From assembly GCF_001447785.1 (NCBI RefSeq), contig NW_015163761.1:1-64000 (forward strand): a DNA stretch of 64,000 nucleotides. The letters run 5' to 3'. Origin of the DNA: Gekko japonicus (lineage: Eukaryota). The translations under genes and the position numbers were made by a program. Of the stretch, positions 1-10,664 are shown piece by piece. The notes beneath the pieces are model-generated. The model did no database searches. It had not been told where the DNA came from and saw only the letters and a program-made list of their open reading frames with translations. Each line of letters opens with the position of its first letter. The first letter of the stretch is position 1.

Positions 1-500
1 GGACTTTTTGGTTTAGAAAAGAGACGACTTGGGGGAGGGGAGGGGGCGCACAATATAGGTTTCTAAAATTATGCCTTGGGTGGAGGGAGCTGGCATGGAG
101 AACTTTTCCTCCCAGTCCCAAAAGACTACAACTCGAGGGCATCCAATGAAGCCAATGGGCAGTAGGTTCAGAAGGGACAAAAGGAAATGCCACTTTGCAC
201 AGAGCGATGAAAATGTGGGATTTGCTGCCAGAGGATGTAGTGATGGCCACAGGAATAAACAGCTTGAAAAGGGGATTAGATAGATTCATGGAGGATAAGT
301 CTATCAATGGCTGCTAGCCAGGATGGGCTGAGGGGACCCTCCCCATTCAGAGGCACTAATCCTCTGAGTCCCAGAGCTGGGAGGTGACCATGGGGAAGCC
401 CTCGGCCTCTATGCCCTGTTGTTTGGCATCCAGAGGAACTGGTTGGCCACTGTGTGAGACAGGATGCTGGACCAGATGGACTATTGGTCTGATCCAGCAG
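1..500 (+). mobile_element. CR1 LINE 3' fragment (end of ORF2 plus 3' UTR), degenerate
   Basis: Translates to TRGHPMK.MGSRFR.DKRK, typical of the CR1 ORF2 C-terminus. It is followed by the 3' UTR shared with other CR1 copies in the window. Confidence 0.8.
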
Positions 501-1190
501 GGTGGGAGGAAGGATCCAGCAACTGGGGAACAGCAATGAGAAAGCCCTTTTGGGAGCAGGTCATTTTTTCTCAGGAGGTGAATAGGGATGTTCAGTGGCT
601 CTGGGACCGGGGAAAGAAAGAGCTGCCTTTTAACAGAGAAAGATGTGGTTGATTCCAGCCCATGTGGATGTGGTGGAGAATCTGTGTTCCTTCATCTCCA
701 CACAAGTGAGCCAGTGACTTCCTTCTCTCTCTGGGCCCTGAGNNNNNNNNNNNNNNNNNNNNNNNNNNNNNNNNNNNNNAAGCTGTCCCCGGAAAAGGCA
801 CCCTCTGATTCATCTGGAAGACCCTTCTCCTTAATGTACACAGGTACCCCTGCAGGTGGGCTCAGGAGCATTTTCATGGCAGTTTTCTCTCTTTCCCAGA
901 ACAAGAAACACCTTGGATTTCGCTTCAGTGGGTAGCTGTGTTGGTCTGAAGCAGCAGAACAATATGGGAGTCCAGTGGCCCCTTTAGGATGAACAAAGTT
1001 AAAAAGGATATTATAGCTTTGGAAAAAGTGCAGAAAAGGGCAACTCGAATGATAAAAGGGTTGGAACACTTTCCCTATGAGGAAAGGTTAAGGCGCTTAG
1101 GGCTCTTTAGCTTGGAGAAATGACGACTGAGGGGTGACATGATCGAGGTTTATACAGTATGGGTCTTATTTGTTTATTTACATCATTTTT

Positions 1191-1861
1191 TAATACGGCA
1201 GTTTCTCCACGGCGAGGACCCAAAGTGACTTATCGTCCTTGTACTGTTATTTTTTCTTTAAAGCTATTGTTATGCCAATAAAGGTGATTGGAATTGGATT
1301 GGATTTATCATTCTCCTGTCCTCCATTTTATCCTCACAAGAGCCCTGTGAGGTGGGTTACTGAGCATGTGTGTTTGGCCCAAGGTCACCCAGGGAATTGC
1401 CATGGCAGAGTGGCGAGATTCAAACCTGGGCCTCCCAGAATCCTAGTCCAACACTCTTTAACTGCTGCACCATACTGGCTCTTCCCACTTTTAAAATGTA
1501 GACACCACAAATCACTCATTAGATCACTAATACGGTAGTTTCTGCACGGCGAGGACCCAAAGTGACTTATTGTCCTTGTACTGTTATTTTTTCCTTAAAG
1601 TTATTGTTATGCCAATAAAGGTGATTGGAATTGGATTGGACTTATTGTTCTCCTGTCCTCCGTTTTATCCCCACAAGAGCCCTGTGAGGTGGGTTACTGA
1701 GCATGTGTGTTTGGCCCAAGGCCACCCAGGGAGTTGCCATGGCAGAGTGGGGGGAAAACCTGGGCCTCCCAGAATCCTAGTCCAACACTCTTTCACTGCT
1801 GCACCATACTGGCTCTTCCCACTTTTAAAATGTAGACACCACAAATCACTCATTAGATCAC
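1191..1861. repeat. Head-to-tail tandem duplication, ~335 bp unit (1191-1527 / 1528-1861)
   Basis: Both units start TAATACGG(C/T)AGTTTCT and end CATTAGATCAC, with scattered substitutions. Confidence 0.9.
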
Positions 1862-2129
1862 AACTCCCCTCTATGTACTTGGCTGTCCCATGGAATCCTT
1901 GTGTTCGGCACGGCTTCCCCTTCCAGCCCAGGGGACTGCGTCTGATCAGAAACCGTCAGTTTTCTTTTCTCTCCTCTGGATTGGTTCCTTATTTGGGGCA
2001 TCTGGATGGCTTAAGAAGTCCATCTTGTCTTGAATGATTAGAAAATCTCTAGCTTTGAGTTCAGTAGCAGCAAGATTTGGGGGGTATGAGCTTTTGAGAT
2101 TTAAAGGTCCCTTCATCAGGTACCTTCTG

Positions 2130-2393
2130 AAGAAGAAGGGTTGGTTTATATACCCTGCTTTCGGTTTTTATACCCCTCTTTTCTCTACCTTAAGGTGTCT
2201 CAAAGCGGCTTACAGTTACCTTCCCTCCCTCTCCCCACCACAGGCACCTTGTGAGGCGGGTGGGGCTGAGAGAGTTTTGAGAGAACTGGGACTGGCCCAA
2301 GGTCACCCAGCAGGATTCACGGGGAGGAGGAGTGGGAAACCCAGTTCTCTGGATTAGAGTCTGCCGCTTTTAACTACTACACCATGCTGGCTC
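2130..2393 (-). mobile_element. tRNA-derived SINE with L2-like tail (Squam3-like)
   Basis: Reverse complement has the GAGCCAGCATGGTGTAGTAGTTAA head and a (CTT)n tail. Homologous to other copies in the window. Confidence 0.7.
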
Positions 2394-2999
2394 AAATGAT
2401 GGGAGATTTGATTCTTAAAAGTTCCTACCCCGGAAATCTTGTTGGAGCTACTGGATTCGAATCCTGCTGTTCTACTGAAGGGAAGACCAACACAGCTACG
2501 CTCTGAAACGAAAGAATCTGACGTTACTGGACATTTTTTTATTTACCCTTGATACAGGCTGGCGGCCCCCAAATCTGAATGATGGGATTTCCAGAATGTG
2601 GGATGGGGTGGCAATGTGCCCAAGATCATGTCTACCTTGCCCCCTTGCGTGATAACTTGCCTCTTATTCATTGTGGACCAAGGTATAACGTGTTTCACAG
2701 TTTGGATGCAAAAAATATGGCCTCCTAGATAAGTGCCCTAAGATCATTCTGAGCGTTTATATTAGAATGCCACAAAGCAGCAATGCCCTGTATTCTGGGT
2801 GCTTGGGGGGCAACAACAGTGGGAGGGCTTCTGGAGGTCTGGCCCCACTGGTGGACCTGCTGATGGCCCTTGGGTTTTGGCCACTGTGTGACATGGAGTG
2901 TTGGACTGGATGGGCCAGTGGCCTGATCCAACATGGCCTCTCTTATGTTCTTTATGCATTTTTAAAAGGGCACATTCAACATGTTAAAATATATTTAAA

Positions 3000-3396
3000 C
3001 AGGGCTCTTTTTGTAGAAAAAGCCCAGCAGGAACTCATTAGCATAATAGGCCACACCCAACAGCAGAAACTCATTAGCATATTGGGCCACACCCCTGACA
3101 GCACAGCTCATTAGCACATTAGGCCGCACCCCCATGTTACCAGAAGTGTGGTTATCCAGCCACACCAATCTTTTGCTTCTTATAATGTTTACCTTGTTTG
3201 TTGTCAAAACCCAGGGCCTTTTTTTGTAGCAGGAACTCCTTTGCATGTTAGGCCACACACCCCTAATGTAGCCAATCCTAATGAGTTTCTGCTGTTGGGT
3301 GTGGCCTATTATGCTAATGAGTTCCTGCTGGGCGTGGCCAGCTTGGGAGCCAGCCGGAACTCCGTTCCTGTGCGTTCCTGCCCAAAAATAGCCCTG
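3000..3396 (+). mobile_element. Non-autonomous hAT-type MITE ('OCT/KLF-repeat' family), full length
   Basis: TIRs CAGGGCTCTTTTTG / CAAAAATAGCCCTG. Perfect 8-bp TSD TATTTAAA at 2992-2999 and 3397-3404. Confidence 0.9.
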
Positions 3397-3563
3397 TATT
3401 TAAATATCATTTGCATATGACCAATATTGTCGAATTGCTGAAGCATTACCAGAGGATAGATGTCGAGCTATGTTAATTCTCTGCCTTGTCCCCCCCCCCC
3501 CCCCCCCAGGCAAAAGCTCAGCACGACTATTTAGATCACTGGCATTACACATGAGTCTTCACT

Positions 3564-4341
3564 ATGATGAAAATGGAGGAGAGAAACCCTGCAGGCTGCA
3601 TACCTGGTGTGACATCAGAGGGACCAGGAAAAGAACGCTACAATGGCCCATACTCTGTAGACTGCACGTCTCTGATAGACTCTGAGAGAGAAAGTAAACG
3701 CCTGGAAACTATGCAGCCTGCAAGCAGTGGGGGATCCTTCCGATCGGCACCTCCTTCAGATCAGGTGAAAGAAGAGCCACAAGAAGGTTTGGCTGAGCAC
3801 TGGGAAGCCCGATGGCAGGAGTTCCTAAGGAGGGTGGAGTCCCCTCACTCAGGGTGGGGAATCTCACCACAGCAAGAGAAGCCCTCTCCGTGGGAAGACA
3901 CGAAAAGCTTTCTGGCCTCCTTCGAGCAAGTAGCCGAAGCCTGCCAGTGGCCTAGAGAACAGTGGGTCAGCAGGCTCTTGCCGGCCCTCAGCGGAGAACC
4001 CAAGCAAGCTTTTATTGTCTTAGATGCTGCTGACAGAGAGGATTATGGGAAGGTGAAGGCAGCCATCCTGCGAGGGGACGTCCTCAGCCGGGAGAAACAG
4101 CGCCAACACTTCAGGCGTTTCCATTACCAAGAGGCCGAGGGGCCGAGAGGGGCTTACGGCCAACTCCAGGACCTTTGTCGTCAATGGCTCAAAGTGGAGA
4201 GGTGCTCCAAGGAGCAGATCCTGGAGGTGCTGATCCTGGAGCAGTTCCTGACCATCCTGCCCCCGGAGATCCAGAGCTGGGTGAGGGAAAGTGGTCCAGA
4301 CACCTGCTCTCAGGCGGTGTTTCTGGCTGAGGATTTCCTGC
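3564..4341 (+). CDS. Gene A, extended-SCAN exon (3' end lost in N gap 4342-4465)
   Basis: Acceptor after a C-run (AG 3508-3509) and start MMKMEE. SCAN box [20 protein letters not shown]...[24 protein letters not shown]...AVFLAEDF. Confidence 0.9.
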
Positions 4342-4465
4342 NNNNNNNNNNNNNNNNNNNNNNNNNNNNNNNNNNNNNNNNNNNNNNNNNNNNNNNNNNN
4401 NNNNNNNNNNNNNNNNNNNNNNNNNNNNNNNNNNNNNNNNNNNNNNNNNNNNNNNNNNNNNNNNN

Positions 4466-4629
4466 GTGGCTGGATAACCACACTTCTGGTAACATGGGGG
4501 TGCGGCCTAATGTGCTAATGAGCTGTGCTGGCAGGGGTGTGGCCTAATATGCTAATGAGTTTCTGGTGTTGGGTGTGGCCTATTATGCTAATGAGTTCCT
4601 GCTGGGCTTTCTCTACAAAAGGAGCCCTG
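4466..4629 (-). mobile_element. OCT/KLF-repeat hAT MITE, partial (rest in gap)
   Basis: Reverse complement of the left half of the 3000-3396 element, ending AAAAGGAGCCCTG. Confidence 0.85.
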
Positions 4630-4750
4630 TCTGTTTTACATGTGTAATCATTTTGCTTCCCCATTACGCTTCTTTATCTGTTCCCTTACTGCCGTCAGTC
4701 ACCTTCCTAGCCTGCTACTTGACTCTGAAGAACTTTCTCTGGTCTGGCAG

Positions 4751-4871
4751 GTGGCATTCCAGGAGGCGATAGCACAGACCACTGAGGCCGGCCAGACTCC
4801 AGCCGATGTCAGGCAGAAGCAGCTGGACAGAGAGACCAAGTGGGAAGAGGACAGGGAGGCCCATCTGTTGG
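4751..4871 (+). CDS. Gene A, 121-nt exon (decayed KRAB-A-like)
   Basis: GGCAG|GTG acceptor and G|GTAAGT donor, phase 0 to 1. Encodes VAFQEAIAQTTEAGQTPADVRQKQLDRETKWEEDREAHLL(G). Paralogous exons in genes B, C and D. Confidence 0.85.
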
Positions 4872-4936
4872 GTAAGTGGAGATGCCTCGGAACTGTGGGA
4901 GACACTGAAATTCATGCCAAGACTCGCCTTTGCTAT

Positions 4937-5118
4937 CCGGGCTCTTTTTGCAGCAGGTACTCTTTTGCATATTAAGCGACACACCCCTAATGTAGCCAAT
5001 CCTCCAAGAGTTTACAGTAGCTCCTGTAAGAAGAGCTCTGTAAGCTCTTGGAGGATTGGCTACATTAGGGGTGTGTGGCCTAATATGCAAAGGAGTTCCT
5101 GCTACAAAAAGAGCCCTA
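4937..5118. mobile_element. Short palindromic MITE related to the OCT/KLF family
   Basis: Two ~85-bp inverted arms (...GCAGG.ACTC.TTTGCATATTA.GC.ACACACCCCTAATGTAGCCAATCCTCCAAGAG...). No clear TSD. Confidence 0.8.
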
Positions 5119-5199
5119 TAAGGAGCTCAGCATCTGCCGGGAGTCCCCTCTGCCTTTGACATCTTAGGGGAAAGTATGACGAATGACTCAAAAGCATTC

Positions 5200-6511
5200 C
5201 CACCTCTATATCTTCAGCCTTCGAAAATCATGCACAGGGTAGAGAAAGCGGACAAAGTCCGGGAGTTTTCAGTTTAGAAAACAGACGATTAAGGGGGAGG
5301 ACATGACATGGGGTGGAGAGAGTTGACAAAGAGATTTTTTCCTCCCTCTCCCAAAATACTGGAACTCAGGGGCATCCAAGGAAGCTGATGGGCAGTAGGT
5401 TCAGGACGGACAAAAGGAAATACGCAGAGAATGATCAAAATGTGGAATTTGCTGCCAGAGGATGTAGTGATGACCTCAGGAATAAACAGTTTTGAAAGGG
5501 GATTAGATAGATTCATGGAGGATAAGTCTATCAAGATAGATTCATGGAGGATAAGTCTATCAGTGGCTCCTAGCCATGGTGGCTGAGGGGAACCTCCACA
5601 TTCAGAGGCACTAATCCTCTGACTTTCACAGGCAGGAGGCAACTTCAGGGGAATAGATAGGGGTATAGATAGGGGCTCTGGGGCAAGTGTTGCTCTGTCT
5701 TCTTGGTGCTTGGGGGGGTCAACAGTGGGAGGGCTTCTAATGTCCTGGCCCCACTTGTGGACCTCCTGATGGCACTGGTATTTTTGGCCACTGTGTGACA
5801 GAGTGCTGGACTGGGTGGGCCATTGGCCTGATCCAACATTGGCTTCTCTTATGTTCTTATGTGGAATTCCCTGCCAGATAATGTAGTGGTGGCCACAGGA
5901 ATTAACAACTTTAAAAGGGGATTAGATAGATTCATAGAGGAAAAGTCTATCAGTTGCTACTAGCCATGGTGACTGAAGGGGAACCTCCACATTCAGAGTC
6001 ACTAATTCTCTGAATCCCAGAGCAAGGAGGCAACTTCAGGGGAAGGCCTCGGCCTCTGTGTCCTGTTGTTGGTCATCCAGAGGAACTGTTTTTGGCCACT
6101 GTGTGAGACAGAATGCTGGACACAATGGACTATTGGTCTCATCCAGCAGGGCTCGTTCTATATTCTTATGACAGAGAGAACTTTCTCTCCCAAAATATTA
6201 GAACTCAAAGGCATCCAATGAACTTAGTGGACAATAGATTCAGAACAGACAAAGGGAAATACTTCTTTACGCAATGAGTGATTAAAATGTAGAATTTGCT
6301 GCATTTGCTACAGCCGCTGATGTAGTGATGGCCACAGGCACAGACAGCTTTAACAGGGGATTAGACAGATTCATGGAGAAGTCAATCAGCGGCTACTGAC
6401 CAGGGTGACTAAAGGGAGCCACCACATCCAGAGGCAGTAAACTTCTGAATACCAGTGCCAGGGACAGCTTCAGGGGAAGACCTCAACCTCCGTGCCCTGT
6501 TTACTATTGCT
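5200..6511 (+). mobile_element. Cluster of stacked CR1 3'-end fragments
   Basis: Several repeats of the TQGHP.KL.G.RFRTDKRKY segment, GGGATTAGATAGATTCAT and TTCTTATG tails. Confidence 0.75.
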
Positions 6512-6907
6512 CAGGGCTTTTTTTGTAGAAAAAGCCCAGCAGGAACGCATTAGCATAATAAGGCATACCCAACAGCAGAAGCTCATTAGCATATTAGGCC
6601 ACACCCCTGATAGTACAGCTCATTAGCATATTAGGCCATACCCTCATGTTGCCAGAAGTGTGCTCATCCAGCCATACCCACCTTTTGCTTCTTATTCTGT
6701 TTACCTTGTTTGTTGTCCAAACCCAGGGGTTTTTTTGTAGCAGGAACTCCATTGCATGTTAGGCCACACACCCCTGATGTAGCCAATTCCAATGAGTGTC
6801 TGCTGTTGGGTGTGGCCTGTTATGCTAATGAGTTCCTGCTGGGCGTGGCCAACTCTGGAGCCAGCTGGAACTCCGTTCCGGTGCGTTCCTGCCCAAAAAT
6901 AGCCCTG
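6512..6907 (+). mobile_element. OCT/KLF-repeat hAT MITE, full length, flanked by an 86-bp direct repeat
   Basis: Same TIRs and body as 3000-3396. Flanks 6426-6511 and 6908-6993 are near-identical. Confidence 0.9.
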
Positions 6908-7696
6908 ATCCAGAGGCAGTAAACTTCTGAATACCAGTGCCAGGGATAGCTTCAGGGGAGGACCTCAACCTCCGTGCCCTGTTTACTATTGCTCTGATCC
7001 AGCAGGGCTCACATTCTTATGGGAGGTCGGAGGCATAGCATCCTTGTTTATCCTATGCAGCAGGTCCTTCCAAAAGGCAGCAAAAAAAAAAAAAGCATCT
7101 CTATAGAGGCCTGTGACCCACCTAAATTAACCCCCCCCACACACATTTTCGTCTTGTTCTGTTTATTTATGGTTTTCCTCTCACAGGTGGAAGCATCACA
7201 GCTAGGATATTTGAGAGCATTCCGTGACATCTAATTTGTAGGTTTCAGACTAATATTGGACAGACTTTTGCTTATTTTATGTAAGAGAATTCTTGTCGAT
7301 GTTTAAACATTATTTAGGGTGATATAATGAGAATGAGATTCTTGTGGGTTTATTTCCTTTGCCCAAAGCTAATATTCTCATGAATCCGGTATATATCTTA
7401 ATGCCCTTGATATACCTTCTTCCCCCACAGAGCTCTATTTCCACAAAGTTTTTGAGGCAAGTAAATGCTGTGTTTTTCCTCTATATCATTGGTTTTTTAA
7501 AAATTATTTAATTTTATTGAATGTAATGAATTATATAAAGGCAATTACAATGATAGAGGATCATATAGCTGGTGGGAATGTCCAGAGATCAGATCCTCTA
7601 TCATTGTAATTGTCTTTATATTGTATTTGTCCACTTCCGTTTTCCTCTTGCCCAAGGAACAAGTTGTTTGGGATTCTCTCGTTATTTCTCCAGCAG

Positions 7697-7955
7697 CCCA
7701 AGAGTGGATGGCCATCGGTGATGGGGGGAAATATGTGCCTGGAAATTCAGAGCAAATGGCACTACATGGGATATCCACTTGGAAAGAAGAGAATATTTCT
7801 CAGTGTTGCAAGCAGGAAAATGTCTCAGCAAGTCAGGAGAGGGCAGAGTATCAGCCAGGAAACCCACCTGAGGGAGGATGTAGATGAATCCCTTCCCTGT
7901 GGGGGAGATTGCAGGTTCCCCAATGAAACCACAGTCCAGACAGGAGCTGACACAG
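7697..7955 (+). pseudogene. Gene A linker exon carrying a frameshift
   Basis: CCAGCAG acceptor and CAG|GTAAGG donor. Homologous to the in-frame gene B exon (WM...SQCC.QENV...ETTVQ.GAD). Length is 259 nt and the entry frame stops at TGA 7885-7887. Confidence 0.7.
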
Positions 7956-8138
7956 GTAAGGAACAAAATGTTTGCATGTAGGTAGACTGGGTGGGTTTTG
8001 GCCACTGTGTGACGCAGAGTGTTGGACTGGATAGGCCATTGGCCTGATCCATCATGGCTTCTCTTATGTTCTTATGAATCAGAATGCGGCCTATAAGAAA
8101 AACACACACACACACATATACAGCTGTCTGGTCTGTCC

Positions 8139-8456
8139 TTGGGAACAATCCTAAGGCTAAGCAGGTCTATGTGGAAAGAAGTCCTATTATATTCAGTGCT
8201 GCTTACTCGCAGGAAAGCATTTGTAGTCTTTCAGCTGCTGTGGCTTGAAGCTTAGCATTAGATGACCCAACCTGAAGAGGAGCCATTATTTCTACAAAAA
8301 AAGCCCTGTTGGGAACAATCCTAAGGCTAAGCAGGTCTATGTGGAAAGAAGTCCTATTATATTCAGTGCTGCTTACTCGCAGGAAAGCATTTGTAGTCTT
8401 TCAGCTGCTGTGGCTTGAAGCTTAGCATTAGATGACTCAACCTGAAGAGGAGCCAT
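8139..8456. repeat. 148-bp direct duplication separated by a 22-bp MITE end
   Basis: 8139-8286 matches 8309-8456 (one visible mismatch). The spacer TATTTCTACAAAAAAAGCCCTG matches the MITE terminus. Confidence 0.9.
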
Positions 8457-8561
8457 ATCAAACTCCATTGTAGGAAGACATTCATTAGCAGGTCTACTTT
8501 TAACCAACACCAGACAAGTCACATAGGACAGTGGGACGTTCTTTGTCTACAGACTTTGTGA

Positions 8562-8828
8562 GGAGAAGAAGAGGAAGAGGAGGAGGAGGAGGAGGAAGAA
8601 GATTGGATTTATACCCCACCCTTCACTCAGAATCTCAGAGCAGACATAACAGACACCCTGTGTGGTAGGTGGGGCTGTGAGAGCTCTTTGAGAACTGCTC
8701 TTGAGAGAACAGCTCTGAGAGAACTGTGGCTTGGCCAAGGTCACCCAGCAGCTGCATGTGGAGGAGTGAGAAATCAAACCCGGTTCTCCCAGATTAGCGT
8801 CTGCGCTCCTGACCACTACACCAAACTG
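8562..8828 (-). mobile_element. Squam3-like SINE
   Basis: Reverse-complement head CAGTTTGGTGTAGTGGTCAGG with a (CTT/CCT)n tail. Confidence 0.75.
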
Positions 8829-8853
8829 TGCAAAGTGGAGAAGTTTCAGAATG

Positions 8854-8855
<2 letters not shown>

Positions 8856-8926
<71 letters not shown>

Positions 8927-8928
8927 TC
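8856..8928. repeat. (TTTC)n microsatellite
   Basis: Perfect tetranucleotide run. Confidence 0.95.
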
Positions 8929-9390
8929 GCACAAGTAGAAAAGAGCAAAGGTCCAGTAGCACCTTAAAGACTGACAAAAATTGTGGCAGGGTATGAGCTT
9001 TTTGTGAGTCACTGCTCACTTCTTTAGATACTTCTTCATCAGGTATCTGAAGAAGTGAGCAATGACTGATCCAACATGGCTTCTGTTATGTTCTTATGAG
9101 TAGATCAGATCTCAATGTTCCTTTTACACTACAGTAACTGGAATCAGTAGTAATGTCAGCTTGGTAAACACACCTCTTCCACCGCACAAGGGCTAGTAAC
9201 CTTTGAAGTAAAAATGTTAATGGAGAGATAAGGAACAGAGAGAATCACTCTGTAGGAGGGCCTGGCCAATGAGGAGGAAACAGGGATGCCCACACAATGT
9301 ATAGGAGGGATTGCAATTTATAGGAGGAATGGATTTAAAGTTTTGCTTCTCTAATCGGTACTTACCACGTTTCTCTCTTTATTCCAGCAG

Positions 9391-10664
9391 GTTGTAGGGG
9401 GAAGAGTGAAAATGAGAGCGTGCCATGTGGGTTACCATCAGAACAAGTCAAATGTGAACAGCTGAAAGAGAACTTCTCGGATCAAAGTGGACCACAAAGC
9501 CAGGAGGAGGACCATGTGGAGAAGAGGACAGAGTCATCCATTTCTTGTCGGGTTGGGGACGTCCACGAAATCACAGTCCAGCAAATGGAAGAAAGAAATG
9601 ACTTCATTGGTGCTCAGTGGAGAATCCACATGGAACTTCCAGAATGCGGGATGCTCAGCACAGGAAAGAAACCATATCAATGCCTGGAATGTGGCAAGAG
9701 CTTCAATCGCAGTTCAACGCTTAGGTCCCATCAGCGACTCCACACAGGGGACAAACCTTTCGAATGCTTGGAGTGCGGCAAGAGTTTGTGTGATAAGTCA
9801 AGCCTTATTCAACATCAACGAATCCACACAGGGGAAAAACCGTATAAGTGCTTGGAATGTGGGAAAAGCTTCATTCAGAGCTCAAAGTTAACTCGACATC
9901 AAAGGATGCACACAGGAGAGAAAGTGCATAGCTGTTCGTACTGTGCCAAGAGTTTTAGTGATAAATCAAGCCTTATTCAACATCAACGGATCCACACAGG
10001 GGAAAAACCATATAAGTGCTTGGAGTGTGGGAAAAGCTTCAATCAGAGGGCAAACTTTACTAGACATCGAAGAATGCACACAGGGGATAAAGCATATAGC
10101 TGCCCTGACTGTGGGAAGAGCTTGTGTGATAAATCAAGCCTTCTTCAACATCAAAGAATCCACACAGGTGAAAAACCATTTAAATGCTCGGAATGTGGAA
10201 AGAGCTTTAACAAGAGCACCAACTTTGTAAGACATATGAGAATCCACACAGGGGAGAAGCCTTTTAGCTGCTCCTACTGTAGCAAGAATTTCTATGATAA
10301 AGCAAGCCTTATTCAGCATCAAAGGGTTCACACAGGGGAGAAACCATTTAAATGCTTGGAATGTGGAAGGAGGTTCAGTCACAGGGGAAGCCTTCGTGGA
10401 CATCAAAGACTCCACACAGGGGAGAAACCCTACACATGCTCTCACTGTAGCAAGAGCTTCTTTGCTCTATCGAGCCTTCTGAAACATAAGACAACTCACA
10501 CAGGGGAGAAGCCATATAAATGCACGGCATGTGGAAAGAGCACACACCTCAGCTCAGATCAAAGGACGCACCCAGAGAAGGAGCAGTATAAATGCTTAGA
10601 CTGTAGCAAGACTTTTTGTGATCAGCCGGGTCTTGTGAGAACAGCCATGGAAGAAACAGTGTAA
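9391..10664 (+). CDS. Gene A terminal exon: 10 intact plus 2 degenerate C2H2 zinc fingers
   Basis: TTCCAGCAG|GT phase-1 acceptor. Repeated C-x2-C-x12-H-x3-H units with TGEKP linkers, stop at 10662-10664. Confidence 0.92.

Noticed and set aside
1191-1861. Tandem duplication as a pure assembly artefact
   Set aside because: The two units differ by many substitutions and indels, more than expected for duplicated reads. A haplotype artefact is not formally excluded.
3034-3340. Regularly spaced short repeats resembling a CRISPR or iteron array
   Set aside because: Vertebrate context, no cas genes and no unique spacers. The repeats lie inside a TIR/TSD-bounded MITE.
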